Notes: generated from the sequence alone by a model not told the origin. A stretch of 64,000 bases of DNA from Methanocaldococcus sp. 16A (GCA_049860595.1 CP187551.1), one strand, 5' to 3'; shown: positions 1 through 10,619, counted from the first letter of the stretch. Made by a program: numbers and translations.

Positions 1-731
1 TCTCCAACCTCAGCATTTCTTCTTGCTGTTGGTTCTCCTTCTTTAATAACTCCTATAGCCCCTACAGCACTAACCAACCTGTCTCCAATTACCATATCTC
101 CTCCAACTCTTAAAGTGCTTCCCCCTATTAAAGGGACATTAACCGCCTCAGAAACTGCACATATTCCTGCTGTGAAATCAAATATTTTTCCAATATCTCC
201 ATCATCAGCTAAATGCACATCACTAATTAAAGCAACAGCCTCAGCTCCCATAACATAAATATCTCTTAAAGCAGCTCTTGCTACATGAAAACCTCCTAAG
301 AATGGGAAATCACTAAGCCTTGAATGAGTACCATCTATTGCTGCCACTATATATTTGGCATCAGCCTTAACAATTCCAGCATCATCTTGCTCTTCAGCTG
401 AAACATAGGCTTTAACTTTAGTGCTTTTAACTATCCTTGCTATCTCTCTATGAACAAAGAAATCTCCTTCTCCTCTACTTCCAACTCCCATTTTTCCCAT
501 TGTAACTTTTGATTCTGGATATTTCAACAGGTTTTTTAAATTCTCATCATCAATTTCTTTAAATTTTTCAGTAGTTTTTACCTCTTCCAATATTGCTTTT
601 ATAAACTTTTTGGCAAATTTCTCATCCACATCTTCTTTAATCTCTAATATTCTCTTAAATCCATCTTCAATAATCTTATTTTCTGGAATTTTTTTTCTTA
701 GACATCTTCTAACATATCCTTCTAAGTCCAT
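1..731 (-). CDS. AIR synthase/HypE-related protein, 5' part (runs off window start)
   Basis: Manual translation from ATG at 731: MDLEGYVRRCLRKK...GVGSRGEGDFFVH...QDDAG...AAIDGTHSRLS...RDIYVMGA...LIGGSTL, with PurM-like motifs; GGTGA RBS upstream; absent from the ORF track because truncated. Confidence 0.8.
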   Translation of the reverse strand, partial: MDLEGYVRRCLRKKIPENKIIEDGFKRILEIKEDVDEKFAKKFIKAILEEVKTTEKFKEIDDENLKNLLKYPESKVTMGKMGVGSRGEGDFFVHREIARIVKSTKVKAYVSAEEQDDAGIVKADAKYIVAAIDGTHSRLSDFPFLGGFHVARAALRDIYVMGAEAVALISDVHLADDGDIGKIFDFTAGICAVSEAVNVPLIGGSTLRVGGDMVIGDRLVSAVGAIGVIKEGEPTARRNAEVG

Positions 732-892
732 TTTTTCACCAAATAAAAACTTATAAATATTAGCTTCTGTATTTTCAATATTAGTTTTACTATAATTATA
801 GATTATGAGATTATAAAAATTATTTATTTAGATATTTTATAAAAATTTACAGTAAAAAAATAAATTTTTAACTAAGTTTAAGGTGTAGAGTC

Positions 893-2851
893 ATGTTTTC
901 AATAAAATTTAAAACCACTGAAGAACTGCCTGAACCTTCTCCAAGATTGATTGACCAGGTTATTGGGCAAGATGAGGCTGTAAAAATTGTTTTATCAGCT
1001 GTAAAAAATAAAAGAAATGTTATTTTATTAGGGGACCCTGGAGTAGGAAAGTCAATGATAGTTAAAGCAATTGGAGAAATTTTACAAGATTTTGGAGAAT
1101 TTAAACCTTATTATGTAATTGCAAAACCAAATTTAAAGAATATGGAGAGACCAATAGTTGAGGTTATTGATGGAGAATATAAAGAGGATTCAAAAGACGT
1201 GGCAAAATTAGACTTTAAAACTCCAAATTCAACAACCTTACTTTTAATAATGATTATGGCAATTTTATTATCAGAGTTTCTTTTAAGAGATATGCCTAAA
1301 GAATATCTACTCGCCGCTGTAACTATAACATCTCTTATAGTTTTAATTTTTGGATTTGTAATTATATTAACTACTATAATGGGAGCTTCAAGGGCATCTA
1401 TGTCAAATAATTTAAACCCAATGGATTTAAAGCCAGTATTACTGTACGAATGCAAAAAAAGACCTCTTGTAAGAGCAAGTGCTTACAACGTAACAAGGTT
1501 GTTAGGAGATATAAAGCATTGTCCATTAGGAGGAAGACCTCCATTAGGAACTCCTCCACATAAGAGGATAATTTTAGGAGCGATTCATGAAGCACACAGA
1601 GGAATTTTGTATGTAGATGAAATAAAGACAATGCCATTGGAAGTGCAAGATTATATCTTAACAGCATTACAAGATAAAAAGCTCCCAATTAGTGGAAGAA
1701 ATCCAAATTCAAGTGGGGCTACTGTAGAAACAAATCCAATACCTTGCGATTTCATCTTAATAATGTCTGGAAACATGGATGATGTTTATAATTTAAGGGC
1801 CCCATTGTTAGATAGAATTGACTATAAAATAGTTTTAAAGAACAAGATGGATAATACTTTGGAGAATAGAGATAAGTTATTGCAGTTTATAGTTCAAGAA
1901 ATTAAAAATAATAACTTAAACCCAATGACTTATGATGGATGTTGTGAAGTTGTAAAAATTGCTCAATACTTAGCTGGTTCTAAGGATAAATTAACCTTAA
2001 GACTAAGATTGTTAGCTAATATAATAAAAATGGCTAATGATGTAGCAATGGGTAAAGATATTGAGGAATTATTGGGTAATTTTGATGATGAAGGTAACTA
2101 TAAACCTGAAACTCAAAAAGATAAAAATAACGAAGTGTATATAACAGCTGAGCACATAAGAAAGGTATTTGAATCTGGAATCTACAGTATGGAGAAACAA
2201 GTGGCATTAAACTACATTAAAAACTTCAAGAGATACAAGCATATAGTGCCAAACGATAAGCCAAAGGTTGGAGTAATTCACGGCTTAGCAGTTTTAGGAG
2301 CTGGAGGGATTGGAGATGTAACAAAGATTATAGTTCAAATATTGGATTCAAAAAATCCTGGAACTCATCTACTAAATATTTCTGGAGATATTGCAAAGCA
2401 CTCAATAACTTTAGCTTCAGCATTATCAAAAAAACTTGTTAGTGAGGGTAAATTGCCACTACCTAAGAAGGATATTGACCTAAATAACAAAGAGATATAT
2501 ATCCAATTCAGCCAGTCATATTCAAAGATTGATGGAGATAGTGCTACAGCTGCAGTTTGTTTAGCAATAATCTCAGCTTTATTAGATATTCCATTAAAAC
2601 AGGACTTCGCTATAACTGGAAGCTTAGATTTAAGTGGAAATGTTTTAGCAATTGGTGGAGTTAATGAAAAAATAGAGGCAGCAAAGAGATATGGGTTTAA
2701 GAGGGTTATTATTCCAGAGGCAAACATGGTAGATGTTATTGAGACAGAAGGAATAGAGATTATTCCTGTAAAAACTTTAGATGAAATAATTCCTCTCGTA
2801 TTTGATTTAGATTCTATAAAAGATAAAAAAGAAGATATCAAAACAAATTAA
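893..2851 (+). CDS. lonB: Archaeal membrane-anchored Lon protease (LonB)
   Basis: Walker A GDPGVGKS, two TM helices, Walker B LYVDE, protease motif IDGDSA with downstream Lys (EKIEAA). Confidence 0.95.
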   Translation: MFSIKFKTTEELPEPSPRLIDQVIGQDEAVKIVLSAVKNKRNVILLGDPGVGKSMIVKAIGEILQDFGEFKPYYVIAKPNLKNMERPIVEVIDGEYKEDSKDVAKLDFKTPNSTTLLLIMIMAILLSEFLLRDMPKEYLLAAVTITSLIVLIFGFVIILTTIMGASRASMSNNLNPMDLKPVLLYECKKRPLVRASAYNVTRLLGDIKHCPLGGRPPLGTPPHKRIILGAIHEAHRGILYVDEIKTMPLEVQDYILTALQDKKLPISGRNPNSSGATVETNPIPCDFILIMSGNMDDVYNLRAPLLDRIDYKIVLKNKMDNTLENRDKLLQFIVQEIKNNNLNPMTYDGCCEVVKIAQYLAGSKDKLTLRLRLLANIIKMANDVAMGKDIEELLGNFDDEGNYKPETQKDKNNEVYITAEHIRKVFESGIYSMEKQVALNYIKNFKRYKHIVPNDKPKVGVIHGLAVLGAGGIGDVTKIIVQILDSKNPGTHLLNISGDIAKHSITLASALSKKLVSEGKLPLPKKDIDLNNKEIYIQFSQSYSKIDGDSATAAVCLAIISALLDIPLKQDFAITGSLDLSGNVLAIGGVNEKIEAAKRYGFKRVIIPEANMVDVIETEGIEIIPVKTLDEIIPLVFDLDSIKDKKEDIKTN

Positions 2852-2875
2852 TAGTTAATAAAAAGAAGGGCTACT

Positions 2876-3169
2876 ATGGATGATAAGGAAATTGAAGAGA
2901 GATTGGAGGTATTGAGTAAAAAGATTTTAGAAATTGAGAAAAGGGTGGATGCAAAACTAAAGGAAAATGATAAAAGATTGGTGGAGAAAGCTGAGAAATT
3001 ATTAAAACCAGAAGTGTTATTGGCTTTAGGGATATGTTTAAAAACTATGGATGATATAAAGAAAATTTTAGCAATAATTCGTGTAAGTATTTTGGTTTTA
3101 GGAATATTGATGGTATTTTTATATTTCCTTGTCATTGCTCTAATGTTAAAAATAGCAAAAATATTTTAA
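2876..3169 (+). CDS. Small coiled-coil protein with C-terminal TM helix, hypothetical
   Basis: 97-aa ORF filling the gap between lonB and fucA; purine-rich RBS; host-like codon usage. Confidence 0.7.
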   Translation: MDDKEIEERLEVLSKKILEIEKRVDAKLKENDKRLVEKAEKLLKPEVLLALGICLKTMDDIKKILAIIRVSILVLGILMVFLYFLVIALMLKIAKIF

Positions 3170-3177
3170 GTGAGATT

Positions 3178-3738
3178 ATGGATAAAAGCCAGTTTATTGA
3201 AATCTGTAAAAGATTGTATGACAGGAAGTATGTTGTAGGTAGTGGGGGAAATGTATCAGTTAGAGAAAAAGATAAAGTATATCTAACTCCAACAGGCTCA
3301 ATCTTAGGATTTTTAAAAGAAGATGACATAGCTGAAGTTGATTTAGATGGTAATGTTATAAAAGGAAAACCTACATCAGAAAAAAATCTCCACTTAATGA
3401 TTTATAAAAAAAGAAAAGATATAAATGCAATAATTCATACTCATTCACTTATTTCAACTTTTTTATCAACAATAAATAAGGAAATTGAGCTTTTAACACC
3501 GGAGGGAGAGATATTTTTAAAAAAGATTGGTTATGTAGATTATTTTGAAGCAGGTAGTTTGAAATTGGCTGAAGAAACTGCAAAAAGAGATGAGGATGTA
3601 ATTATATTAAAAAATCATGGTGTTGTGTGCTTAGGAAAAGATTTGATGGATGCGTATGTAAAGGTAGAAGTTTTAGAAGAACAGGCAAAGCTCACACTTT
3701 TAAAGTATTTATCAAATAAATTATTTAACCCTCTCTAA
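3178..3738 (+). CDS. fucA: L-fuculose-phosphate aldolase (class II aldolase)
   Basis: GSGGNVS, PTSE, HTHS and NHG Zn-binding motifs. Confidence 0.9.
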   Translation: MDKSQFIEICKRLYDRKYVVGSGGNVSVREKDKVYLTPTGSILGFLKEDDIAEVDLDGNVIKGKPTSEKNLHLMIYKKRKDINAIIHTHSLISTFLSTINKEIELLTPEGEIFLKKIGYVDYFEAGSLKLAEETAKRDEDVIILKNHGVVCLGKDLMDAYVKVEVLEEQAKLTLLKYLSNKLFNPL

Positions 3739-4002
3739 TTCACTAACAATGCTCCATATTTGAGTTCTTGTGTGAAGTGGCATGTTTGGGTCGTTACTAA
3801 TCTCATCCAATATATGGATTGCTGTTGCACTTCTAACAATTGGTTCCTCCCCCTCTTTTAAAACAGCTTCCTTAGCTTTTTCTGCAGCAGCTCTAATGTT
3901 TCTTGGAACTGTTGTATCATTAATTATCTCATCCAACATTAAAGCTACTCCTTTTAATATTTCTTCAGGTGTTTTCTCTCTCGCTGCACTACCAAATACC
4001 AT
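3721..4002 (-). CDS. UPF0147 family protein
   Basis: DTTVPRNIR...[18 protein letters not shown] signature; start moved to the ATG after GGAGGTGA RBS. Confidence 0.9.
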   Translation of the reverse strand: MVFGSAAREKTPEEILKGVALMLDEIINDTTVPRNIRAAAEKAKEAVLKEGEEPIVRSATAIHILDEISNDPNMPLHTRTQIWSIVSELERVK

Positions 4003-4127
4003 AACTCTCACCTCCAAACAAAGCATTATGATATTTAAAAGAGAAAAAGTTAATAGTTAATATTATTGTTTAGTAGGCTTTAACTATTTATTACTTTAGG
4101 AAATATTTAGGTTTATCGGTGGAATAT

Positions 4128-5930
4128 ATGTGTGGTATTATTGGGTATATAGGTGATGATAAGGCTTCAAAAATCTTATTAAATGGTTTAAGAAGGCTAG
4201 AATATAGAGGATATGACAGCTGTGGAATTGGGGTTATTAATGAGGACAGATTAATTATCAAAAAAAATGTGGGAAAAGTTGAAGAGGTTGCCGAAAAAGA
4301 AGATTTTTTAAGCGTTTGTGGGAATATAGGAATAGGACACTCCAGATGGGCCACTCACGGTAATGTAAGCAAAGAAAACGCTCATCCTCACACTGACTGT
4401 AAAGAAAATATTGCGGTAGTTCATAATGGAATTATAAGCAATTATAAAGATCTAAAAGAAGAATTAACAAAGAAAGGTCACAAATTTAAATCAGAAACAG
4501 ATACTGAAGTTATTCCACATTTAATTGAAGAAGAATTAAAAAAATTTGAAGAAATTAATGAAGAAAATTACATAAAAGCTGTTAAAAATGCAATTAAAAG
4601 ACTAAAAGGAACTTATGCATTGGCAATAATAAATAAAAACTTTCCAAACCTATTAATTGGAGCAAGAAATGAAAGTCCATTAATATTAGGTGTTGGAGAT
4701 AACTGCTATTTTTTGGGTAGTGATATAACTGCATTCTTAGATTACACAAATAAAGCAATTCCTTTAGAGGATGGAGATATTGTTATAATTAAAAAGAAAG
4801 ATAACGGCTATGATGTAGTTATAGAAAACAATGGAAATGTTGTAGAAAGAAAAATAATTGAAATTAATTGGGATATTACTTCAGCTGAAAAGATGGGATA
4901 TCCTCACTTCATGCTAAAAGAAATTATGGAACAACCAGAGGTTTTAAAGGTCTCTGCCAAGATATCTGCTGAAGAAATTAAAAAATTGGCTGAATGCATT
5001 AAAGATTATGATAGGGTTTATCTTGTAGCTATGGGAACTTCTTTACATGCAGCAATGGTTGCAGAATACTTATTTGCAAAGCTTGGGAAGTTAGTTATTG
5101 CATGTGATGCCTCTGAATTTTTAAATAAAGGGGTTGTTGATGAAAAAACATTAGTTATTGGTATTACACAAAGTGGAGAAACTTATGATACATTAAAAGC
5201 TTTGAGATTTGCTAAAAGTAAAAAAGCTAAAACTGCAGTTATAGTAAATGTTTTAGGGAGTACAGCTACAAGAGAGACAGATATAACTATAATGATGGGG
5301 GCAGGAATAGAGATAGCAGTTTGTGCAACTAAAACATATACCTCACAGTTAATGATACTCTACAGATTGTTTATTGAGTATGGAAAGCTTTTAGGCAGAG
5401 ATATGAGCAAGTATGAAAAAGAGATTGAGAAGATTCCAGACTATATAAAACAAGTTTTAGATGAAAAAGATATTATTAGGGATATAGCCAATAATTTAAA
5501 GGTAAATAACTATATATTCATCTCTAAAGGGATAAATATTGCAAGTGCTATGGAAGGAGCGTTAAAATTTAAAGAAATAACTTATTTACATGCAGAGGGA
5601 ATGAGTGGAGGAATGTTAAAGCATGGAACTATATCTTTAATTGATGAAAACATGGATACTGTAGCAATAGTTCCTCCAAGAGATTCTGCTGTATTTAACT
5701 CAATACTGTCAAATATAGAGGAGGTTAGAGCGAGAGGAGGGAAGGTAATTGCTATAACTCCAATTGAAATAGATGGAGCTGAAAATATCTTAGTTCCAGA
5801 AGTTATTGAGGAGATTTCTCCAATTGTTTATGCTCCAGCTTTCCAGTTATTGGCTTATTATAAAGCTGTTGAACTTGGGAGAGATGTAGATAAGCCAAGA
5901 GGTTTAGCTAAGAGTGTTACTGTTGAATAA
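4128..5930 (+). CDS. glmS: Glutamine-fructose-6-phosphate transaminase (isomerizing), intein-free
   Basis: MCGIIG N-terminus, GHSRWATHG, SQSGET-like TQSGET, C-terminal PRGLAKSVTVE. Confidence 0.97.
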   Translation: MCGIIGYIGDDKASKILLNGLRRLEYRGYDSCGIGVINEDRLIIKKNVGKVEEVAEKEDFLSVCGNIGIGHSRWATHGNVSKENAHPHTDCKENIAVVHNGIISNYKDLKEELTKKGHKFKSETDTEVIPHLIEEELKKFEEINEENYIKAVKNAIKRLKGTYALAIINKNFPNLLIGARNESPLILGVGDNCYFLGSDITAFLDYTNKAIPLEDGDIVIIKKKDNGYDVVIENNGNVVERKIIEINWDITSAEKMGYPHFMLKEIMEQPEVLKVSAKISAEEIKKLAECIKDYDRVYLVAMGTSLHAAMVAEYLFAKLGKLVIACDASEFLNKGVVDEKTLVIGITQSGETYDTLKALRFAKSKKAKTAVIVNVLGSTATRETDITIMMGAGIEIAVCATKTYTSQLMILYRLFIEYGKLLGRDMSKYEKEIEKIPDYIKQVLDEKDIIRDIANNLKVNNYIFISKGINIASAMEGALKFKEITYLHAEGMSGGMLKHGTISLIDENMDTVAIVPPRDSAVFNSILSNIEEVRARGGKVIAITPIEIDGAENILVPEVIEEISPIVYAPAFQLLAYYKAVELGRDVDKPRGLAKSVTVE

Positions 5931-5989
5931 GTTAAATTTATATAATATAGTATAAAATAACATTTTAAAATTTGGAAGAGGGAAGAGTT

Positions 5990-6472
5990 ATGGTTATTAA
6001 AAAAATTATAAAGAAGATTAGAGGAAATAAGGACATACCAAAACCTGTTGAAGTTCCTGATGATGAATATATAGTTATTGGGGAAGAAAAACCTGCTTAC
6101 ATCTTAGAGAATGAGACAGAAGTTGAGTCAGAAGTTTTAGAACCTAAAGAATCTAAAGAAGAAGTAAAAGAAATAGAAGAAGTGGTTAGAGTAGAAAAAA
6201 TTCTACCAAAATTGTATGTTGTTAGGATTAAACATCCTTTGGACTTTGAAAATATAAAAGATAGGGTTTCAGAATACGATGTTGTGATAGTAAATTTTGA
6301 GGAAGTGCCATTTGAATCTATTTTAAAAGAACTTAATGAGTTTAGGGATTATATGAATGTTTTAAATTATAAATTGGGATTTGTTGCTGAAAATGTGTTG
6401 TTAGCTTATAGGGATGACGTAATGTTGGATAAATATATTTCAGAGATTACTGATGATGCTGAAAATGTATAA
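5990..6472 (+). CDS. Possible SepF/DUF552-like protein
   Basis: Basic N-terminal helix, acidic linker, C-terminal alpha/beta domain (VVRIKHPLDFE...VVIVNF); family assignment is inference. Confidence 0.5.
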   Translation: MVIKKIIKKIRGNKDIPKPVEVPDDEYIVIGEEKPAYILENETEVESEVLEPKESKEEVKEIEEVVRVEKILPKLYVVRIKHPLDFENIKDRVSEYDVVIVNFEEVPFESILKELNEFRDYMNVLNYKLGFVAENVLLAYRDDVMLDKYISEITDDAENV

Positions 6473-6497
6473 TTCTTTATTTTATTTTGGTGGTTAA

Positions 6498-7028
6498 ATG
6501 AGAATAGCAATAACTGGAACTCCAGGAGTTGGGAAGACTACAGTTTCAAAAGTTTTAGGGGACAAATTGGGACTAAAAGTTATTGATATTACAGAAGTTG
6601 TAAAAAAATATAAACTATATACTGAAAAAGATGAGGATATGGACTCTTATGTTATTGATTTTGAGAAATTGGAAAAATTTATTGATGAGATTGAGGAAAA
6701 AGAAAAAACCATAATATTAGATGGTCATGTATCCCATCTTTTAAATTCTGATTATACAATAGTGCTTAGATGCAATCCTGAAATTATTAAAGAAAGATTA
6801 GAAAAGAGAGGTTATAAGCCAAAAAAGGTTTTAGAGAATGTTCAAGCAGAGATATTGGATGTCTGTTTATGTGAAAGTAAAGGTAGAGTTTATGAGATAG
6901 ATACAACAAATAGAAGTGTAGAGAGTATAGTTAATGAGATTATTGAAGCAATAAAAAATAAAAAAGAAAGAAAGGGGATTGTAAATTGGATGGAGGAATA
7001 TTTTGATTATTTAACTACAACCTTTTAA
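6498..7028 (+). CDS. Adenylate kinase, AK6/Fap7 family
   Basis: ITGTPGVGKTT P-loop, DGHVSH motif, RLEKRGY...ENVQAE. Confidence 0.9.
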   Translation: MRIAITGTPGVGKTTVSKVLGDKLGLKVIDITEVVKKYKLYTEKDEDMDSYVIDFEKLEKFIDEIEEKEKTIILDGHVSHLLNSDYTIVLRCNPEIIKERLEKRGYKPKKVLENVQAEILDVCLCESKGRVYEIDTTNRSVESIVNEIIEAIKNKKERKGIVNWMEEYFDYLTTTF

Positions 7029-7080
7029 GAAAAGGTTGATCAAAATGGATGCATTGCCTCGCTTCGCTCAGCAATGCCTC
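7018..7080. repeat. Palindromic repeat (two hairpins), same family as 21394-21457
   Basis: CAACCTTTT-AAG-AAAAGGTTG followed by ATCAAAATGGATGCATTGC..GCTTCGC..GCAATGCCTC; contains the AK6 stop codon. Confidence 0.85.
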
Positions 7081-7105
7081 TTAGATTATTAAAATTAAAA
7101 GAGTA

Positions 7106-8656
7106 TTAAAAAGTTCGATTTTGTTTAGTTATTAAATAATTTCCTAACAACAAAGCATCAAAATCTGCCTTTAAAAAGCTTTTTATAGCATCTTTTTCAT
7201 CACAAACTATTGGCTCGCCATGTAAATTAAAAGAAGTATTTAAAACAACTGGAATGCCTATAGAATCATGGATATATTTTATTGTTTCGTAGTATGTTTC
7301 ATTTGCTTCTCTTTTTAATGTTTGTGGTCTTGTTGTCTTATCTACATGGATAACTCCCTCTATTTCTTTTATCTTATCCTCTTTAACCTTAAATATTTGA
7401 GTCATAAATGGAGAGTATCTTGGGCTTATTAAATAATCTTCAATAAACTCATATAGTATTGTTGGAGCAAATGGCATAAACCAACTTCTTTTTAACTTTT
7501 TATTTATTTTTTCTTTATTTTCTTTTGTTGGTAATGCTATAACGCTCCTATTCCCCAAAGCTCTCGGTCCAAACTCCATTTTTCCTCTTGATAGACAAAC
7601 AATTTTATTCTCTAAGATTAGATTTCCAACGACTTCTGGAATATCCTTTTCTTCAATGAAATTTATTTTATAGCCATTAAGTTTGTTTTTTAGTTCTTCC
7701 AAAATTTTTTCAGCTTTTTCATTCTCTATTTCATATCCAAAGTATGTATTGTTTATATTTATTCTATTTATTCTTTTATCGGCCAAACTTGCTCCTAAAC
7801 AAAGGCCTTCATCTCCCATAAAAGGTGGGACAAATAAATTATATTTTTCAGCAATTTTTGAGTTCAACTTAACATTTTGAGCTACTCCACCAACAAATAC
7901 AACGTTATTTATATCATATTCATAAGCTAAATCGTTAATTGCCTTTAAAACAACATCCTCCAAAGTTCTTTGAGCAAATTTTGATATCTTAACTTTATCT
8001 TCAAAAGATAATTGGCTTTTATTCTTAATTAATAATTTTTTTAATGCTTTGGTAGCTTCATAACCAATAACTCCAAGATAGTTTTTAAATGATTTTAATT
8101 CTTTTACATAGTCAATAGTTGTTAATGTTATATCGTCTTCTCCATCATAAGATGAGAGAGACATAACTTTACCTTCATCTTCCATTGGTTTAAAACCTAA
8201 AAGTTCAGTTATTGATGCATAAAAATCTCCAACAGAGTCGATTAAATCACTTTGAGCTATAATCTCTAAATTATTTTTGTTTGCTATAGATGCTAAAAAA
8301 GATAATCCATCCCCTCCCCCATCTATTGAAATAACTAAAGCTTCTTTAAATTCTGACAACTTAAATAAATACGAATGGGCTATATGGTGATAAAAATAGA
8401 GAAATTTTTTATTTATCTTGCTTTGAAATTCTTTTATTTTTTTTATTCTTTCTCCTCTTCTAAAAACTCCACCAATAGAAATATATTCAATTTCATCAGC
8501 TTTAACTCTACTTAAAATATAATTTATTGAGTTTTCTGGAAAACCTCTTTGATTCTTTTTCCTTGTAAATCTCTCTTCACTCATTGCAAATAAAATTTTA
8601 TCTTTATCTATTAATGAGGAGCTTGCATTATGCCCATCACAAATACCTAAAATCAT
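7106..8656 (-). CDS. NodU/CmcH/TobZ-family carbamoyltransferase
   Basis: MILGICDGHNAS, EERFTRKK, HHIAH, DGGGD, EGKVM, EFGPRALGNRS, NTSFNLHGEP. Confidence 0.92.
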   Translation of the reverse strand: MILGICDGHNASSSLIDKDKILFAMSEERFTRKKNQRGFPENSINYILSRVKADEIEYISIGGVFRRGERIKKIKEFQSKINKKFLYFYHHIAHSYLFKLSEFKEALVISIDGGGDGLSFLASIANKNNLEIIAQSDLIDSVGDFYASITELLGFKPMEDEGKVMSLSSYDGEDDITLTTIDYVKELKSFKNYLGVIGYEATKALKKLLIKNKSQLSFEDKVKISKFAQRTLEDVVLKAINDLAYEYDINNVVFVGGVAQNVKLNSKIAEKYNLFVPPFMGDEGLCLGASLADKRINRININNTYFGYEIENEKAEKILEELKNKLNGYKINFIEEKDIPEVVGNLILENKIVCLSRGKMEFGPRALGNRSVIALPTKENKEKINKKLKRSWFMPFAPTILYEFIEDYLISPRYSPFMTQIFKVKEDKIKEIEGVIHVDKTTRPQTLKREANETYYETIKYIHDSIGIPVVLNTSFNLHGEPIVCDEKDAIKSFLKADFDALLLGNYLITKQNRTF

Positions 8657-8675
8657 ATAAACACCAAATACATAT

Positions 8676-8969
8676 TTATAGCTCTCCAATTGCCTTTAAT
8701 TTTCTTTCAATTGTATTTTCTTTATCCTTCCTTTCATCAATTTTTAATTGACTTACCACTCTATCAACATCATTTAAAACTGTTGAATGAGCTTCTTTAA
8801 AAGCTTTTAGAATTTCATCTAAATCTCCTTCCAACACAGTTCCCATAGCGTTTGTCTCAACTTTTAAGTTAAATTTTTTAAAAACTTCAATTGCTTTTTT
8901 AACATATTTTGAGACGCTTGCTCCTTTTCCTAATGGGATTATAGAAACTTCAGCTACTACTTTTCTCAT
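8676..8969 (-). CDS. MTH1187/UPF0045 thiamine-binding family protein
   Basis: AEVSIIPLG..SVSKYV, NAMGTVLEG, KIDERKDK. Confidence 0.9.
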   Translation of the reverse strand: MRKVVAEVSIIPLGKGASVSKYVKKAIEVFKKFNLKVETNAMGTVLEGDLDEILKAFKEAHSTVLNDVDRVVSQLKIDERKDKENTIERKLKAIGEL

Positions 8970-9029
8970 TTTAACCACCTAAAAATATATAAAAATGACA
9001 AAATGAAGATAAAATAGAAAGTTTATCTA

Positions 9030-9521
9030 TTATTCTAAATCACTTAATAATTCTTTTAATTTCTCTTTAACTTTTTCTAACTTGTTAGCTAATTGTTCAT
9101 TTTCTTTCTTAAGTTTTTCAATCTCTTCTTCTAACTTCTTAATATCAGCCAACTTTTTCTCTAAGTCTTCTTTTCTAACAACAGCTTCTAAGAATTTTTC
9201 TACCTCTTCAATATTTAATTCTCCTTTCTTTATCATCTCATAGGTTTCTCTAACGAGCTTTCCAGCCTTAGTTTCTCCTTTTAAGTGCTTTCTAATAGTT
9301 TGTTCAGTTCTTCCCAACTCATCCGCAATTTCTCTTATTGTATATCCTGCTTTCTCTCTTGCCAAAGCTCCTGAAGCAATAGCTAAGGAATCTACCCATG
9401 TAACTTTCTCTACTGGGTCTTTTATTAACTCTAAGATTTCTGGTCTGAATAATGTTCCTAAAATTAAAACATGCTCTAATTTGTCTATTTCTGTCTTTGA
9501 GGTTGGAACTAATGGTATCAT
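9030..9521 (-). CDS. HTH regulator of the KaiC-associated type with C-terminal coiled coil
   Basis: WVDSLAIASGALAREKAG..IADELGRTEQTIRKHL HTH; next to KaiC-like ATPase. Confidence 0.8.
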   Translation of the reverse strand: MIPLVPTSKTEIDKLEHVLILGTLFRPEILELIKDPVEKVTWVDSLAIASGALAREKAGYTIREIADELGRTEQTIRKHLKGETKAGKLVRETYEMIKKGELNIEEVEKFLEAVVRKEDLEKKLADIKKLEEEIEKLKKENEQLANKLEKVKEKLKELLSDLE

Positions 9522-9629
9522 ACTCATCCCCCACATAAACTATTATTTTTATTTTTTCTAATATTATTTTATAATTTACTTAGTATTTAAAGTTTTTGCG
9601 AGTTTCATAAAAAATATTCGCAATTAAAA

Positions 9630-9712
9630 TGAAGCTATAGGCTTCAAAATATTCTTAATACATATAAAAAGTGCATTCAAACAGTTATTATTTATTCCTG
9701 CAAAAGTCCTAT
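9630..9712. mobile_element. Partial TAGGACTTT-family MITE-like element (right half)
   Basis: TGAAGCTATAGGCTTCA hairpin, TGCATTCAAACAGTTAT and TGCAAAAGTCCTA in the same order as in 19506-19678. Confidence 0.7.
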
Positions 9713-9789
9713 ATTAAATACAGTCCAAAAATAATTATTTCAAAAAATAATAAAATTAAGATAAATGACTTATCTTATCCATTAAAATT

Positions 9790-10518
9790 TTATCTAAGCT
9801 TTAACACTTTATCTGAATATACAATAATTCCTTCATCAGTTATATCAAATGGATGTCTCTTTAATGAGTGGCTTGTTCCTCTCATCTTCCACACAATTAA
9901 GCTTCTCTTTAACTCTCCATTAATCTCATCTAAATCTAATCTTATAATCCCATCTACTGCATGCTCGACTCCTGGCCCTCCAAATCCTCTCTCTCCAACA
10001 GATATTTGAGATGTAAAGATGGCAGTGCATCCTAAGCCAGAGATAACCCTCTTTAATAAAAATACTGTTCTCCTTGCCATCATTGGCTTGTTTATATATA
10101 ATGTTGTTACTGAATCAATCCCTATTCTTTTAGCTCCAATATCATTTATTGCAGTTTTTAAAACATCTATTAATTCTCTTTCATCATTTGGGTCATTTAC
10201 AACATACTTCTCTCTTTTTGCAGCACTACCAATTCCATAAGTGAAGGCATCAATTATGGCAAATTTTCCTTCTTCTTCTAACTTTTTAACATCCCATCCA
10301 AATTGTTTCATATTCTCTCTAATTTGTACTGGATGTTCTTCTAAAGCTACTAAAACACTAGGTTCATTGTATTCTACAGCCCCTTTGTATAAAAATTGCT
10401 GGCAGAATATAGATTTTCCAGTACCAGGACCTCCAGATAATAGAACAACGTTTCTTTCAGGTATTCCTCCATGTAGTATATCATCCATTCCAGGAATTCC
10501 GGTTTTTACTTTTTTCAA
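9790..10518 (-). CDS. Single-domain KaiC-like RecA-superfamily ATPase (UPF0273)
   Basis: [31 protein letters not shown]; TTG start after AGGTGA. Confidence 0.92.
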   Translation of the reverse strand: MKKVKTGIPGMDDILHGGIPERNVVLLSGGPGTGKSIFCQQFLYKGAVEYNEPSVLVALEEHPVQIRENMKQFGWDVKKLEEEGKFAIIDAFTYGIGSAAKREKYVVNDPNDERELIDVLKTAINDIGAKRIGIDSVTTLYINKPMMARRTVFLLKRVISGLGCTAIFTSQISVGERGFGGPGVEHAVDGIIRLDLDEINGELKRSLIVWKMRGTSHSLKRHPFDITDEGIIVYSDKVLKLR

Positions 10519-10540
10519 GTTATCACCTTTTTTATCCTAC

Positions 10541-10619
10541 TTAGGACTTTATCAGTTTATAGTATTATAAGATTTGGTATTTTTAATAAATAAAATATTT
10601 ACTCTTGCGAAAGTCCTAA
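10541..10619. mobile_element. Short TAGGACTTT-family MITE-like element
   Basis: TTAGGACTTT (10541-10550) and AAAGTCCTAA (10610-10619) form a perfect inverted repeat; interior resembles 42395-42492. Confidence 0.7.

Noticed and set aside
9671-10009. 112-aa + strand ORF starting in the repeat element
   Set aside because: Mostly antisense to the KaiC gene, no RBS and no recognisable domain
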